Source: Rhizodiscina lignyota
Lineage: Eukaryota
DNA: 64,000 nt
Assembly: GCA_010015805.1 (NCBI GenBank)
Contig: ML978126.1
Location: 1,178,001 to 1,242,000 of the forward strand
Reading direction: 5' to 3'
Below are positions 10,200 through 19,912 of this stretch, in pieces. A program made the translations under genes and the position numbers. How positions within the stretch are numbered: the first letter of the stretch is position 1; each line of letters begins with the position of its first letter. Under the pieces are notes generated by a model. It was not told the DNA's origin and ran no database searches. It was given only the letters and a program-made list of their open reading frames with translations.

Positions 10200-12660
10200 A
10201 TTGTTTCTGAATGGGTCCCCCGTCCCGCCCAGAGGGTCCTCCTCCCTCATCTTAATAGGAAGATTTCCACACGAGAAGACAATTCTCGCCGCTGTTCCCT
10301 GCATGCGATATGCATCTGTTGCGACTCCAGAGCAAATTTCCCCTCTTTTCTTCATCTGTCTCGTGCAACGGCCAGACCTGCCGCTGTGTAGCTACCCAGC
10401 AGAGCGACGATCGCAGTGAAGCTGCCACTCGTCCCTTAGTCCCTCCTCACTACTCCGGCGCACAGAGAATCTGCAACGGTCAAAACGCGCGGCCGAAGCA
10501 CTTTTATTGGGGATATGCAGCCACGTCTGGGCGGGAGGGTGTCACGCATGTATGCCGTCGTGCTAACACTCGAACAGCTTAGCGAGCAGTTCTCCTTGCT
10601 CGCAAAAAGGCAGAAGCTCCGGAGCGTTCCTGGATTCGCCGGCCATTCATGTCGCACGGAGCGCGTTTCGTTGTTTGCGCAACTGGTCAAGAAACATGAC
10701 GGCAAGCCCACTGTTTTGCCCTTCAAATTTCCCTGGGCTCCCACCTCCCGGGTGAAATTGCTTCTTCGCATGAATCTTCTCGTCCTTTTCGAATCTCCAT
10801 CGCTCATAAGCGGCTTTGTCCGATCCTCGAGGATTCTGCCAACTGCAGCTGTCAGCTTCCGAAACGGGAGTGGCCATGTTCCCTTAGCCCTCTGGTCGGC
10901 TCCCCATCCTGGACTACTCTCGAATAAAACATCCGGTTCGCGCTATCCTGCATTCGGCTCAATGTTACAGTCTCTGTCAGCATCCTGCCACTGGATTGGG
11001 CAATGCACGATACGATGCATCAAGTCGCGCTTATGCGGCAGCTATTGCTCGTATTAGCCTTACCGGTCTCCATGTGTGTGTGCGAGTTCGACATCTACGA
11101 GGTCCGATGCATATATCGTGCATACCAGTGACATCGTGTCGTGCCAAGAGCATTTGACTCGTCCCTATTCTTCTATCACGGAGCTGTATGGCTTCCGACC
11201 TCTGATTCCTTTACGGCACAGTAACTACTGGCCACCAAGACCACTTTCCTCTTTTGTCTCCTTCCTACGAGCTTAAACAAGCATGCACTCGATCTGATCA
11301 CAGAATTTACTAATAACATTCCATGTCAATTTTCTAAAGGACTTGTCTCGTACGTATTGTGCGCAAATGGATTTTTCCGTGGAAAGAACGTGTGCCTGAG
11401 GGCCTTTCTTCGCAAAATTCCACCGGTCAACACTCGGCGACCCATGAGAGGATCTCCCGATTCGTCCGCGCAAGCTGCTGCTGCGCTCAGCAAACTCTCA
11501 TTCTCAGCGAGCTGGATTCGTGCATTCGTGTTGGCTTTTCGACGCGTCGTCATCGTCGGTATTACTGCGATCCGGACAGATCAGGCAGATGTGACTCAGA
11601 TCTTTCTCAGCTCATCCAGTCAGGCTCGCCTCAACGCACAATACTGATCTCCATTTAATCAGATATTGCCTTGGGGAATATAAGCCAGCTACATGTGGTA
11701 CCAACATGGCCATTGTGACTAAGGAAGCGATGATGTAAAGCCCGCATTCCTTCTTCTCCGCGAAAAAGGGCATTAGCTACGAACAGCTCACCACGAATGG
11801 CGGAGAAGCACTGCACCAATGGGGAAGTGACAAATGTGTCCTGACAGTGAACTTTAAAAAGCCCTTCCAGCCGAGTTCCCGTGGGTCTCTTGACTGAGGC
11901 GAATGACCTCCAATTTTCAAATGCTATTGTGATTAATGACTGCCTACCTAATTGTTCAACATTCAATGTGACTTCGAGTGATACCGATCGTGTTCCTCGC
12001 AAGGCGCTGCAAGCCGCCTGTACGCTTCGGCTCGAGGCAGTGTAGTAGTAAGCACATCGCAAGCGGGAAGCTCAGCTCAACTATGTCTTGCTCATTGTGG
12101 TGATGCCGGACCATGGAGACGGGCTCTACAATCCTTCAAATAGGCACATCATTGCGTGAAACTTCAATGGATTTCCGGTTGGTTCTCCGAGAGGTCATTT
12201 CGATAGCAAAGGACCACTTGCGCGTGAATGAGCACACTCCAAAATCAAGCTTGAGGCTGTGAAAGCTTATCTCGAGTATTTGAGTTGGTTCACGATCGTC
12301 GATACATAGGCAGATCTCACTCGCAGATGTGCCCTGCAGCATCGCTTGGAGGTAGAAGCAGAAGACGATAAGCGAGTGAAGGAGACTCATCCTCGTCAGC
12401 GAACTATACATAGGGTTAGGGTTGGGGGTAAAGGACTACACTCTGTAGCCATATCAATGGACTTGTACAGGATAGCATTCAATGAAGACATTAGTTTCAC
12501 TTGCAATTGCTAATTCCGAGAACCTGGACCATTTTCCCGAGATTGGGGTCGAAATACTGAACTTTGGTAAGACCAGTGACGAATCCTTTGTTTCCTCATC
12601 TGTAACCGGAAACACCAAACACGCCTTCGTTCACTATCCCATGTACACGTCGCAATTCAC
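10200..12660 (-). ncRNA. Candidate telomerase RNA (TER); ends approximate
   Basis: 13-nt exact telomere-template-like sequence at 12411-12423 (+ strand TAGGGTTAGGGTT). Upstream hairpin 12434-12450 and downstream hairpin 12364-12397 have minus-strand G-U pairs. No credible CDS in the interval. Boundaries are estimated only from the ~2-2.5 kb size of known filamentous-fungal TERs. Confidence 0.5.
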
Positions 12661-12715
12661 TTACACATGAGACACATCTCACAACTACGTTTCCGCTCTG
12701 CGACGATGAAGGTCT

Positions 12716-12727
12716 TCGCGTAAACAA
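12716..12727. promoter_or_regulatory. Overlapping MCB-like (TCGCGT) and forkhead-like (GTAAACAA) motifs upstream of TDP1
   Basis: Sequence TCGCGTAAACAA lies about 70 nt before the TDP1 ATG. Function is inferred from yeast motif consensus only. Confidence 0.3.
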
Positions 12728-12797
12728 TTGAGATCAAGCTGATTACGCAACCGCAGTTATCAAATCGATAACCATCTACGCCTCTTCGATCAACCGC

Positions 12798-14720
12798 ATG
12801 GCTGAAACTCGGCCAAGCAAACGACGTCGAGTCGAGCCTACTAACTGTGACTCATCTACCGAATCTGAAGTTCAGAATGACTCTGATACAGAGTCTGAAG
12901 TGGATCTTGAAGTGAATGAGGCAACTTCCCATTCGAGGCGTTCTTCGCCCTTACGCTCGCTGAACCGAGACATCTCACCACCCGGAGAGTGTACGAGGAG
13001 CACACAAAGTGAACAAAGTTTGACGGAAGTGGAGCAACGAAAATCACACGTCGACGATGATGCCGGCCAAGACCAAGGCGAGTCTGTACATCTACCAACT
13101 GAATACATTCCGTCCCCCATCAGCCTCACACGCATTCGTGATCTCCCGGAAGAATGCAACATAGATACTGTCACTATAGACGACATACTCGGAGATCCAC
13201 TTATCAAAGAAGCATGGATCTTCAACTTTCTTTTCGATATCCCATTCATTATATCCTGTCTAGATTCTGATGTTCGCGACACCGTTCTCGTCAAAATCGT
13301 ACATGGCTTCTGGAAGAATGAGGATAAGGGCACCATCGGAGTGCTCGAAGCAGGTGCTGCAAAGCATCCCAATGTTGAACTGCTCCGGGCCTATATGGCA
13401 GAACAAGAAGGAACTCATCACACCAAGTGTATCATCCTCATCAGGCATGATGATATGGCGCAGGTTGTCATACACACAGCGAACATGATCCGAAGAGACT
13501 GGGCGAATCTTACTCAGGCTGTCTGGCGGTCGCCTCTCCTTCCACTGACTGACGACCAGTGCGCACAGCCCGAGAATGCACCTGTTGGTAGTGGCCACCG
13601 TTTCAAGCGTGACCTGTTGAGCTATCTCCGCACATACGGTTCTCGAACAAAACATCTAACAGAGCAGCTCAAAGAATACGGCTTCTCAAAGGTCAGGGCG
13701 GCACTTGTGGGCAGTTGTCCGGGTCGCCAAACGATTAGTGCGACGAATGCTGCGAATCAGACGGTCTTCGGCTGGCGAGGCCTCAGAGAGATCCTGAAGC
13801 ACATCCCTTCCGCCCCAGTGAAGGAAGACGAGGGACCACCGCAGATTGTCATCCAAATGTCATCAGTCGGAATGCTAGGGAAAGAAGAAAACTGGTTCAC
13901 ACCATTTCTGAATGCCCTTGGGACCACTGGACCGATTGCCGCAAGCACGAATGCGGTCACTCAAGATCATGATTCGCAAGGTCCTACAAGCCCAAGCAAG
14001 CGAACGTACCGTTTCTTCACCTCAAATGGGAATAATGAGACGCGTCCTACCCAGCCGCGCTTCCACATCATCTTCCCCACTGCGGAGGAGATTCGGCAGT
14101 CTCTCGATGGCTACGTTTCAGGAGGGTCCATTCACTGGAAGCTGCAGAACACGCAGCAACAGAACCAGCTGAAATATCTTCGTCCACTATTGCGGCACTG
14201 GGACCCAACCACACCATCTCCCAAAACAGCAACGACACGAAACGGGAATGTGGTTCCACGAGAAGCACTACGTAGGCGTGCAGCACCACATATCAAGACG
14301 TACATCCGTTTCTCTTCCGCCAAGATGGACCGCATTGACTGGGCCATGGTCACGAGCGCCAACCTGTCGAAGCATGCATGGGGAGAGATGGAGAAAGATG
14401 GGGAGAATGGCAGGTATGCCAGGATCTGCAGCTACGAGCTTGGCGTCGTGGTATGGCCTGCGCTCTTCGAAGAGGAGGAAGCAGGTAATGCTCCGAAACC
14501 GGCTGTGATGGTGCCTACATTCGGTACGAATATGCCTGATGGAGGGCATGTCGACCAGAGCGAGGCGGAGGCAGGTTCAAGCAAGGTGATAGTTGGCTTC
14601 AGGATGCCGTATGATCTGCCCCTTGTGCCGTACTCCCCATCAGAGATTCCTTGGTGTGCAGTAGCAAGTCACGACGAGCCAGATTGGAAGGGAGCAACAT
14701 GGGCGGGATACACACGTTGA
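12798..14720 (+). CDS. TDP1: Tyrosyl-DNA phosphodiesterase 1
   Basis: Two PLD-family HxK motifs (GTHHTKC...VIHTAN; APHIKTYIRF...VTSANLSKHAWG), SYELGV, and a C-terminal RMPYDLPL..Y...EIPW. Confidence 0.96.
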   Translation: MAETRPSKRRRVEPTNCDSSTESEVQNDSDTESEVDLEVNEATSHSRRSSPLRSLNRDISPPGECTRSTQSEQSLTEVEQRKSHVDDDAGQDQGESVHLPTEYIPSPISLTRIRDLPEECNIDTVTIDDILGDPLIKEAWIFNFLFDIPFIISCLDSDVRDTVLVKIVHGFWKNEDKGTIGVLEAGAAKHPNVELLRAYMAEQEGTHHTKCIILIRHDDMAQVVIHTANMIRRDWANLTQAVWRSPLLPLTDDQCAQPENAPVGSGHRFKRDLLSYLRTYGSRTKHLTEQLKEYGFSKVRAALVGSCPGRQTISATNAANQTVFGWRGLREILKHIPSAPVKEDEGPPQIVIQMSSVGMLGKEENWFTPFLNALGTTGPIAASTNAVTQDHDSQGPTSPSKRTYRFFTSNGNNETRPTQPRFHIIFPTAEEIRQSLDGYVSGGSIHWKLQNTQQQNQLKYLRPLLRHWDPTTPSPKTATTRNGNVVPREALRRRAAPHIKTYIRFSSAKMDRIDWAMVTSANLSKHAWGEMEKDGENGRYARICSYELGVVVWPALFEEEEAGNAPKPAVMVPTFGTNMPDGGHVDQSEAEAGSSKVIVGFRMPYDLPLVPYSPSEIPWCAVASHDEPDWKGATWAGYTR

Positions 14721-15123
14721 CATGAATGGACGACGGGTCGGAAAAATGGTGGCTGGCAGCATGCTAAGGGTAATAGTATTCGAAGGATACGGCACAATAC
14801 CTCTCGAGATGTGTTACACCGCGTCTTTTCGAAATTCCTCAAGTTCAAGGAGTGACTGGCGGTGAGTGGAGGAGTGGGAAGGGTGGGCTCGAGAACAAAG
14901 AAACCATCGCGCATCTCGTGCACTCTTGTGCGACGTGGGCAATCCATAGGCGAATAGAAGCGCGCTGAGCTTATTCCAATGACATAGGTCCTAGGAATGC
15001 GTAATATCAAATACAGTTTCTGCGTGATTGTGGTCTTGCCGTTATCCAAACATCTCCTTTGCGTCCCATCGTCATTCCCATGCTAACCGATACGTCCATC
15101 TCATTCCGTTCGTGTCCAATCCG

Positions 15124-15592
15124 TTACTTGTGCTTTGGCGTGTAGTTTGTCTGATAGTTGAGCTTTGTGGCGAGCTCATTAACCTTCTCGATGTACTTCT
15201 TCTGAGCGTCCGCCTTCGCAGTGCCAGCCTTGACCTCCTCCTGCCAGGCGTTGTACATGTATTTCCTCTGTTGTGCACATCTTTATTAGCGTACGATGTG
15301 CTGAAAGAGCTTCGGAAAGGGTAGATGGTACCTGCATATCAAACATGCCAGGCTTTTTCGCGTCCTCGATCTTGTCACCCTTGCCAATCTTGTAGAGCGC
15401 GTAGAGCTGGGAAGAGAAACTAACGTATTAGCCATATGAACATGGTTCGTCGGATCGGATCTTAGAAGAAGGTAATAGCGTGAATATTGGAGGCAAACTA
15501 ACCTTCAGCTTGTCATCGTTCGAAGGCTCAGAGGACAGTTTCTCCGAGTCATCCTTCGCAGCCAGGAAGTTTTGGTAAAGAGCATCAGGCAT
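15124..15592 (-). CDS. ACB1: Acyl-CoA-binding protein, 3 exons (not resolved in the ORF track)
   Basis: Manual splice gives MPDALYQNFLAAKDDSEKLSSEPSNDDKLK|LYALYKIGKGDKIEDAKKPGMFDMQ|RKYMYNAWQEEVKAGTAKADAQKKYIEKVNELATKL...*. ACBP motifs LYALYK, PGMFD and AW..AQKKYI are present. Confidence 0.92.
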
Positions 15593-16361
15593 GATTTCGG
15601 TTCTTCAACTGAGGAAATGAGGCTCGATTGTATAGTGTGAATCAAGTTTGAATGAGTTTTATGAAAGTGATGCAGATGGGACGGAAACTGGGAGTAGGAA
15701 GCTTTAAGTCTCTCTCACTGTGGGGCTGGCTTGTCAAAAGGTTGGGGTGATGTCCCGCATGACGCAGTTGCATGTGGACAGTCGGCTCCAGCCAATTTTA
15801 GGCAAGCGCGAGCTTGAAACCACACCCAAGCGCGTGGCGTTTAACGACCAGAAATGTGCAAACTCCGGAAATGCGTTGGTTGAGAAGTTCGATTCTTCTC
15901 CAAGGCTGACATGGTCTTCAGCTTGAAGCGCCCGACTTGAAACTAGAACTGTCTTTGCATCTCGTGTTCCTGTGTTGGTATCGTCTGGTTTGCTACTAAA
16001 TCGACGCAGGCGCTATTGCTCACTTCAAAATATCAGAAAGTGAGACGGATACAACTTGAAGGACACCATTGACGACTTCAGATTACCCGACCTCCAGGAT
16101 GATAATATACCAGACCTGCGGGCAAACTGCAACTCCTAAGCACGAGCAGCTCTTGAACTTCAAGAGAAGCGAGACCATATTTGGAAGCGCTGCTCTGCTT
16201 CCTTTCGAGTGACAAGAGCAGACTTTTGAAAATCTTGTACATTTTATTGGTTATAGGGATTTTATATCATAGCTGTTCAAGGTCTTGAAGGTAGTAGCTA
16301 ACTTCTTGTCATCCTCTAGTTAATTTATTGATTGCTCCATCTTCATCTATGTCGTAAATAA

Positions 16362-18149
16362 TCAGACTATATATTGAACAGTAGAGAAGACAGCTTTCCC
16401 AAAGCCAGTGATACGCTCACATGCTTTCCAACTTGTCGTACCAGATGACACCTCGACGCATGCGAAGGGGGTCGCACACTTGTCAAATGATGCATTATGG
16501 CATTGCGAGCAGTGCCAAACATTCTCAAAACCCGCCGACAAAGGCTGGGCTGGATCTCCTTCGAACAAGCTCGTGAAATTACCGAAAAGCCACTCATCCA
16601 CGATGTCGTTACCATCCTTTCCGGCGCCAATCAATGCACTCCTCCAAATGTCCAATAGGAGGCCATCCGCAGCGAGACAATTCCGCGACCTTGCGGTGCG
16701 AGAGTATGATTCAGGTCGAGAATCTCGAATGAAGCTGAACGATCTGGGATCTTCATCACCATTTAGGAGAGTGGTGAGGACCTTGCGACAATGATCTCGA
16801 TAAATCGTGCGTCGTTTTCGGATGCAACAGTCGTGCATTGCGCTTGCCAAAATAAAGTCTATTAGATGGCCTCGACCACTTTGCCTGTGTGCATCCATGT
16901 CTGGTTCTAAGGACTCTTCTAATGCGAAGTAACCCTTATGCTTCTGCAGAACAAGAGAGCGCTCCCCGTCAAGCATACCAGATAAGCACAAGGCCTGTAT
17001 CATACGATGACTTTGATCGAGATGCATAACAAAGTCTTCATCTCGGCTAGTCATATAAGCACAGCAGGGTACTCTAGCGACGTCGTTCAACAATGGAGTA
17101 TGAGCATCCGTTTCGAAAATCGACTCAAGAAGCGGCCATTGATGTTGGTGGAGGAGAGAGACGTCGAGAGGAAGGACAGTAGTTCTTCCACCGAGTCGAT
17201 CCCAGAACTGGACACCGATGTCAGGGTCCAGGAAAGGGTCCGATGTAGCGCCATTGACGCAGAGTGTCGCAAGGGTGGAGAGATCATGAACCCTCTTCTT
17301 GTCCGATTCCGCATCCGGAGTGTCTGAATCAATGGCAAATGTGTATTCATAAGCCACCTTTATCAGACTTTCCGAATCCATTGACTTGAAAACGGTAATG
17401 ACCGGGTCAACTCCAAAGAATGATTCGAGCTCATGCAGCCACCACTCGGCATAGCCGACGCGATTGTTCCCAAACGAACGCGCCTTCTTAATCCATTCTA
17501 CTCCCATGGTAGTGGCTACGAGATAGTCCTGGTCCACTGATTTGTGACATTCCATGATGGGCAGGATTCCGGTGGTAGCATCGGTGCCACACTCTATGAG
17601 ATACCTCACTAGCTCAACCGTCTCTTTCTCCAACCGTTTTCCTCCAGAGAAACGTTGGTAGGTGGCATAATGCAACAATGATCTGTCGCTTATGTCAACG
17701 TCAAATGGGCTTGCCTCTCCCTTCAAGAACAATTCCCTCACGGTGTCGATGTCAGCGTTCGAACAAGCCTGAAAGACAGGAGATGATTCCGATATTCTGT
17801 TTTGGCAACGGATGTTCAGCCCAAGGCTAAAACCGCCATAAGGCCCTCGTGCAAGACCAATTTGTACGTCATACGTCGTGAGTCGCCATGGTATATGGAA
17901 AGATACATTTGGGCCGAAGTAATGCTTGACTGGAACATTGCTACTCTTAATCGAGGGCCTCGTGCCGCGGTCAGCGTCGGTCTCTGCGATCCTCAAAAGT
18001 TCACGTAGCATTATATTCTTTGTTTCTGGATCGATCGTGGTCTCCGAGTTTAGGTGGGCCCTGATGATCTGATAGAATCGGAGTTTCTCTGCAGGAGCTT
18101 GCAAATACTCTCCGATCTGTGGGGGCCGAACAATCTCTTGCCCATCCAT
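16362..18149 (-). CDS. Ankyrin-like repeat protein, probably the 3' part of the gene starting at 18911
   Basis: 595-aa ORF. SPVFQACSNADIDTVRELFLKGEASPFDVD..RSLLHYA...LVRYLIECGTD resembles fungal ankyrin repeats. Confidence 0.7.
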   Translation of the reverse strand: MDGQEIVRPPQIGEYLQAPAEKLRFYQIIRAHLNSETTIDPETKNIMLRELLRIAETDADRGTRPSIKSSNVPVKHYFGPNVSFHIPWRLTTYDVQIGLARGPYGGFSLGLNIRCQNRISESSPVFQACSNADIDTVRELFLKGEASPFDVDISDRSLLHYATYQRFSGGKRLEKETVELVRYLIECGTDATTGILPIMECHKSVDQDYLVATTMGVEWIKKARSFGNNRVGYAEWWLHELESFFGVDPVITVFKSMDSESLIKVAYEYTFAIDSDTPDAESDKKRVHDLSTLATLCVNGATSDPFLDPDIGVQFWDRLGGRTTVLPLDVSLLHQHQWPLLESIFETDAHTPLLNDVARVPCCAYMTSRDEDFVMHLDQSHRMIQALCLSGMLDGERSLVLQKHKGYFALEESLEPDMDAHRQSGRGHLIDFILASAMHDCCIRKRRTIYRDHCRKVLTTLLNGDEDPRSFSFIRDSRPESYSRTARSRNCLAADGLLLDIWRSALIGAGKDGNDIVDEWLFGNFTSLFEGDPAQPLSAGFENVWHCSQCHNASFDKCATPFACVEVSSGTTSWKACERITGFGKAVFSTVQYIV

Positions 18150-18383
18150 TGACTGACACGTATTCCAACTTTGCTGGAGGCTATCTTCACGTGAACGATT
18201 TTCTTCGGGAGGAATCAGTGTCGTAATGAGGAAATGTATTTCACTTTATTGCCACAAGTTAGTAATAATCAAATGGCAGATCGAGACTCCAGTATGTATA
18301 AGCCTCTTGAAAGTAGAATGCCACCAACTAAGCAAGTCCATAGACAGTGGATCATGATGACAACATGCCAAGGAAACAGCATA

Positions 18384-18911
18384 TCATGCAGATAGTCTGT
18401 TACCAAGACAGCATGCCATGCAGACAGCAGCATTGAGGATGCGTGTATTTCGAAGCAGAGGAAACAATGAGACAATCAGGAAGACGTACTTTAATACTGC
18501 CGACTGGCCCAGTTCAATCGCAAACGCCAGATCCTGTCGCGTATCCCTTAAGGATTTCACCCTCCTTTCGAGATCCGGAACTTCCAACGCTGATCTGGCT
18601 CGGTTGAGGAATCGCTTGCCCACATTCTGACTCTCCAAGGTGAAAGATCGTACTTTCTCTTCTAGAGGCTTAAGAGCATCCTCGCAACGTACTGCAGCTT
18701 CATGAATTCGCCGTAGGAATTTGTGGTCTCCCGCATATTGACCGAAAACGACCCTGGCTACTTCCAGCTGAGCATTGAGGGACTCAAGTTCGGTTAGAAG
18801 CTTTTGGATATTCTTTGGTGCATTCTTATATGCTTTGATGAGTTTTACTACTGTCTTGGACAGTCCCCAAAGCTCCGAGAATGCGATTGTGGAGCTTATA
18901 GGATCGGGCAT
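18384..18911 (-). CDS. HeLo-like/SesA-type fungal N-terminal helical domain (likely first exon)
   Basis: MPDPISSTIAF...VKLIKAYKNAPKNIQKLLTELESL...L pattern, plus ..LERRVKSLRDTRQDLAFAIEL, is typical of fungal N-terminal STAND-associated domains. GTACGT donor near 18490. Confidence 0.65.
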   Translation of the reverse strand: MPDPISSTIAFSELWGLSKTVVKLIKAYKNAPKNIQKLLTELESLNAQLEVARVVFGQYAGDHKFLRRIHEAAVRCEDALKPLEEKVRSFTLESQNVGKRFLNRARSALEVPDLERRVKSLRDTRQDLAFAIELGQSAVLKYVFLIVSLFPLLRNTRILNAAVCMACCLGNRLSA

Positions 18912-19686
18912 TAGGCAGTATCGAACGTTAAGAATAAGAACGAAAGGAGCACTATAAAGACGATGCGAGAGTTAAACGCGTCTCTAAAGGAAAGGTAAAA
19001 AGAGAGCGAGCGAGAGGCAAACGGAGGAATACATTGCGAGATATCGTTCATCGTCTCATGACACACACCGTGGGTCGAGCAAGTAGGCTGTGAGACCTCC
19101 CAGATGTACGTCTTGATCCATCTCGTCTCAGGCTTTGCCGCTCGGGTTGCTCAAAGCGGCTAACCGCTTTAGCCACCTGCGCGGAGCACCAATCAAGGGA
19201 GACCAGGAAGATATGGCCGCCTCAAATAGAGTTGCAAGGCAGAAGGTGCTTCCAGCACGTCCTGAGGCATTTACCCATTTTCAAGGACTGGAGAGATGGA
19301 ATGTGTGCTGGGAAGAAATCCTTCATAATTAGGCAGACACAATCCTCGAATATGGTGCTATGATGCGCAAAATCGACAGACATCGGGAGGAAATAAGGCA
19401 AATAATAGACTGATTTTAAGAACACTGCAGAAGGACAAGACTGTGCCACATGACATAAAGGAAATCCGCCGAGGCGTAGATGGGTGAAAACCCGCGACCG
19501 GACTTCCGAGCCTCGTATGCTTGGCGGTTGGACGATTGATTCCTAACGAAGCACGATTGAGACCACAAATATGGCCATTTCAAGTGACAGTATCATGACA
19601 TGTCGTTGAAAGTCGTGAGAAGAAGACTGGATAAAGTTTGTTACGCTAATAGAGATATTCGGCCCGATCCGGTCGCAAACGTGACT

Positions 19687-19748
19687 TCGCGACCGCGACG
19701 AGTCAGTCTACGATAGTCGCGACTCCACCTTTGGAGCCAAGGACGCGT
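19687..19748. promoter_or_regulatory. Cluster of CGCG/MCB-like elements upstream of HRQ1
   Basis: TCGCGA at 19687, CCGCGA at 19693, TCGCGA at 19717 and a perfect ACGCGT at 19743-19748, about 170-230 nt before the ATG of a DNA-repair gene. Confidence 0.4.
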
Positions 19749-19912
19749 AGATGACCAGTGCAATCAAAACGCTTCTTCAATACACTGAGCATTGCCTTTG
19801 GCGATTTCATTGATCGCTGAGTTCTCGTCAATGAGTGCTCTTAAGCTTGCTCTCTTCTCTGGGCTGCGATAGCGATGATAGTCGCCACCGGTTTGGATCC
19901 GTCCTAGATACC

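Noticed and set aside
12411..12423. Interstitial telomere or chromosome-fusion relic
   Set aside because: Only about 2 repeat units, no degenerate array, and no subtelomeric genes or transposons nearby. A template or a chance match fits better. A binding site for a telobox-binding factor is not excluded.
8486..12670. Many short ORFs between MSB2 and TDP1 (up to 268 aa)
   Set aside because: Arg/Ser/Pro-rich, overlapping on both strands, often non-ATG starts and no motifs. Consistent with non-coding sequence.
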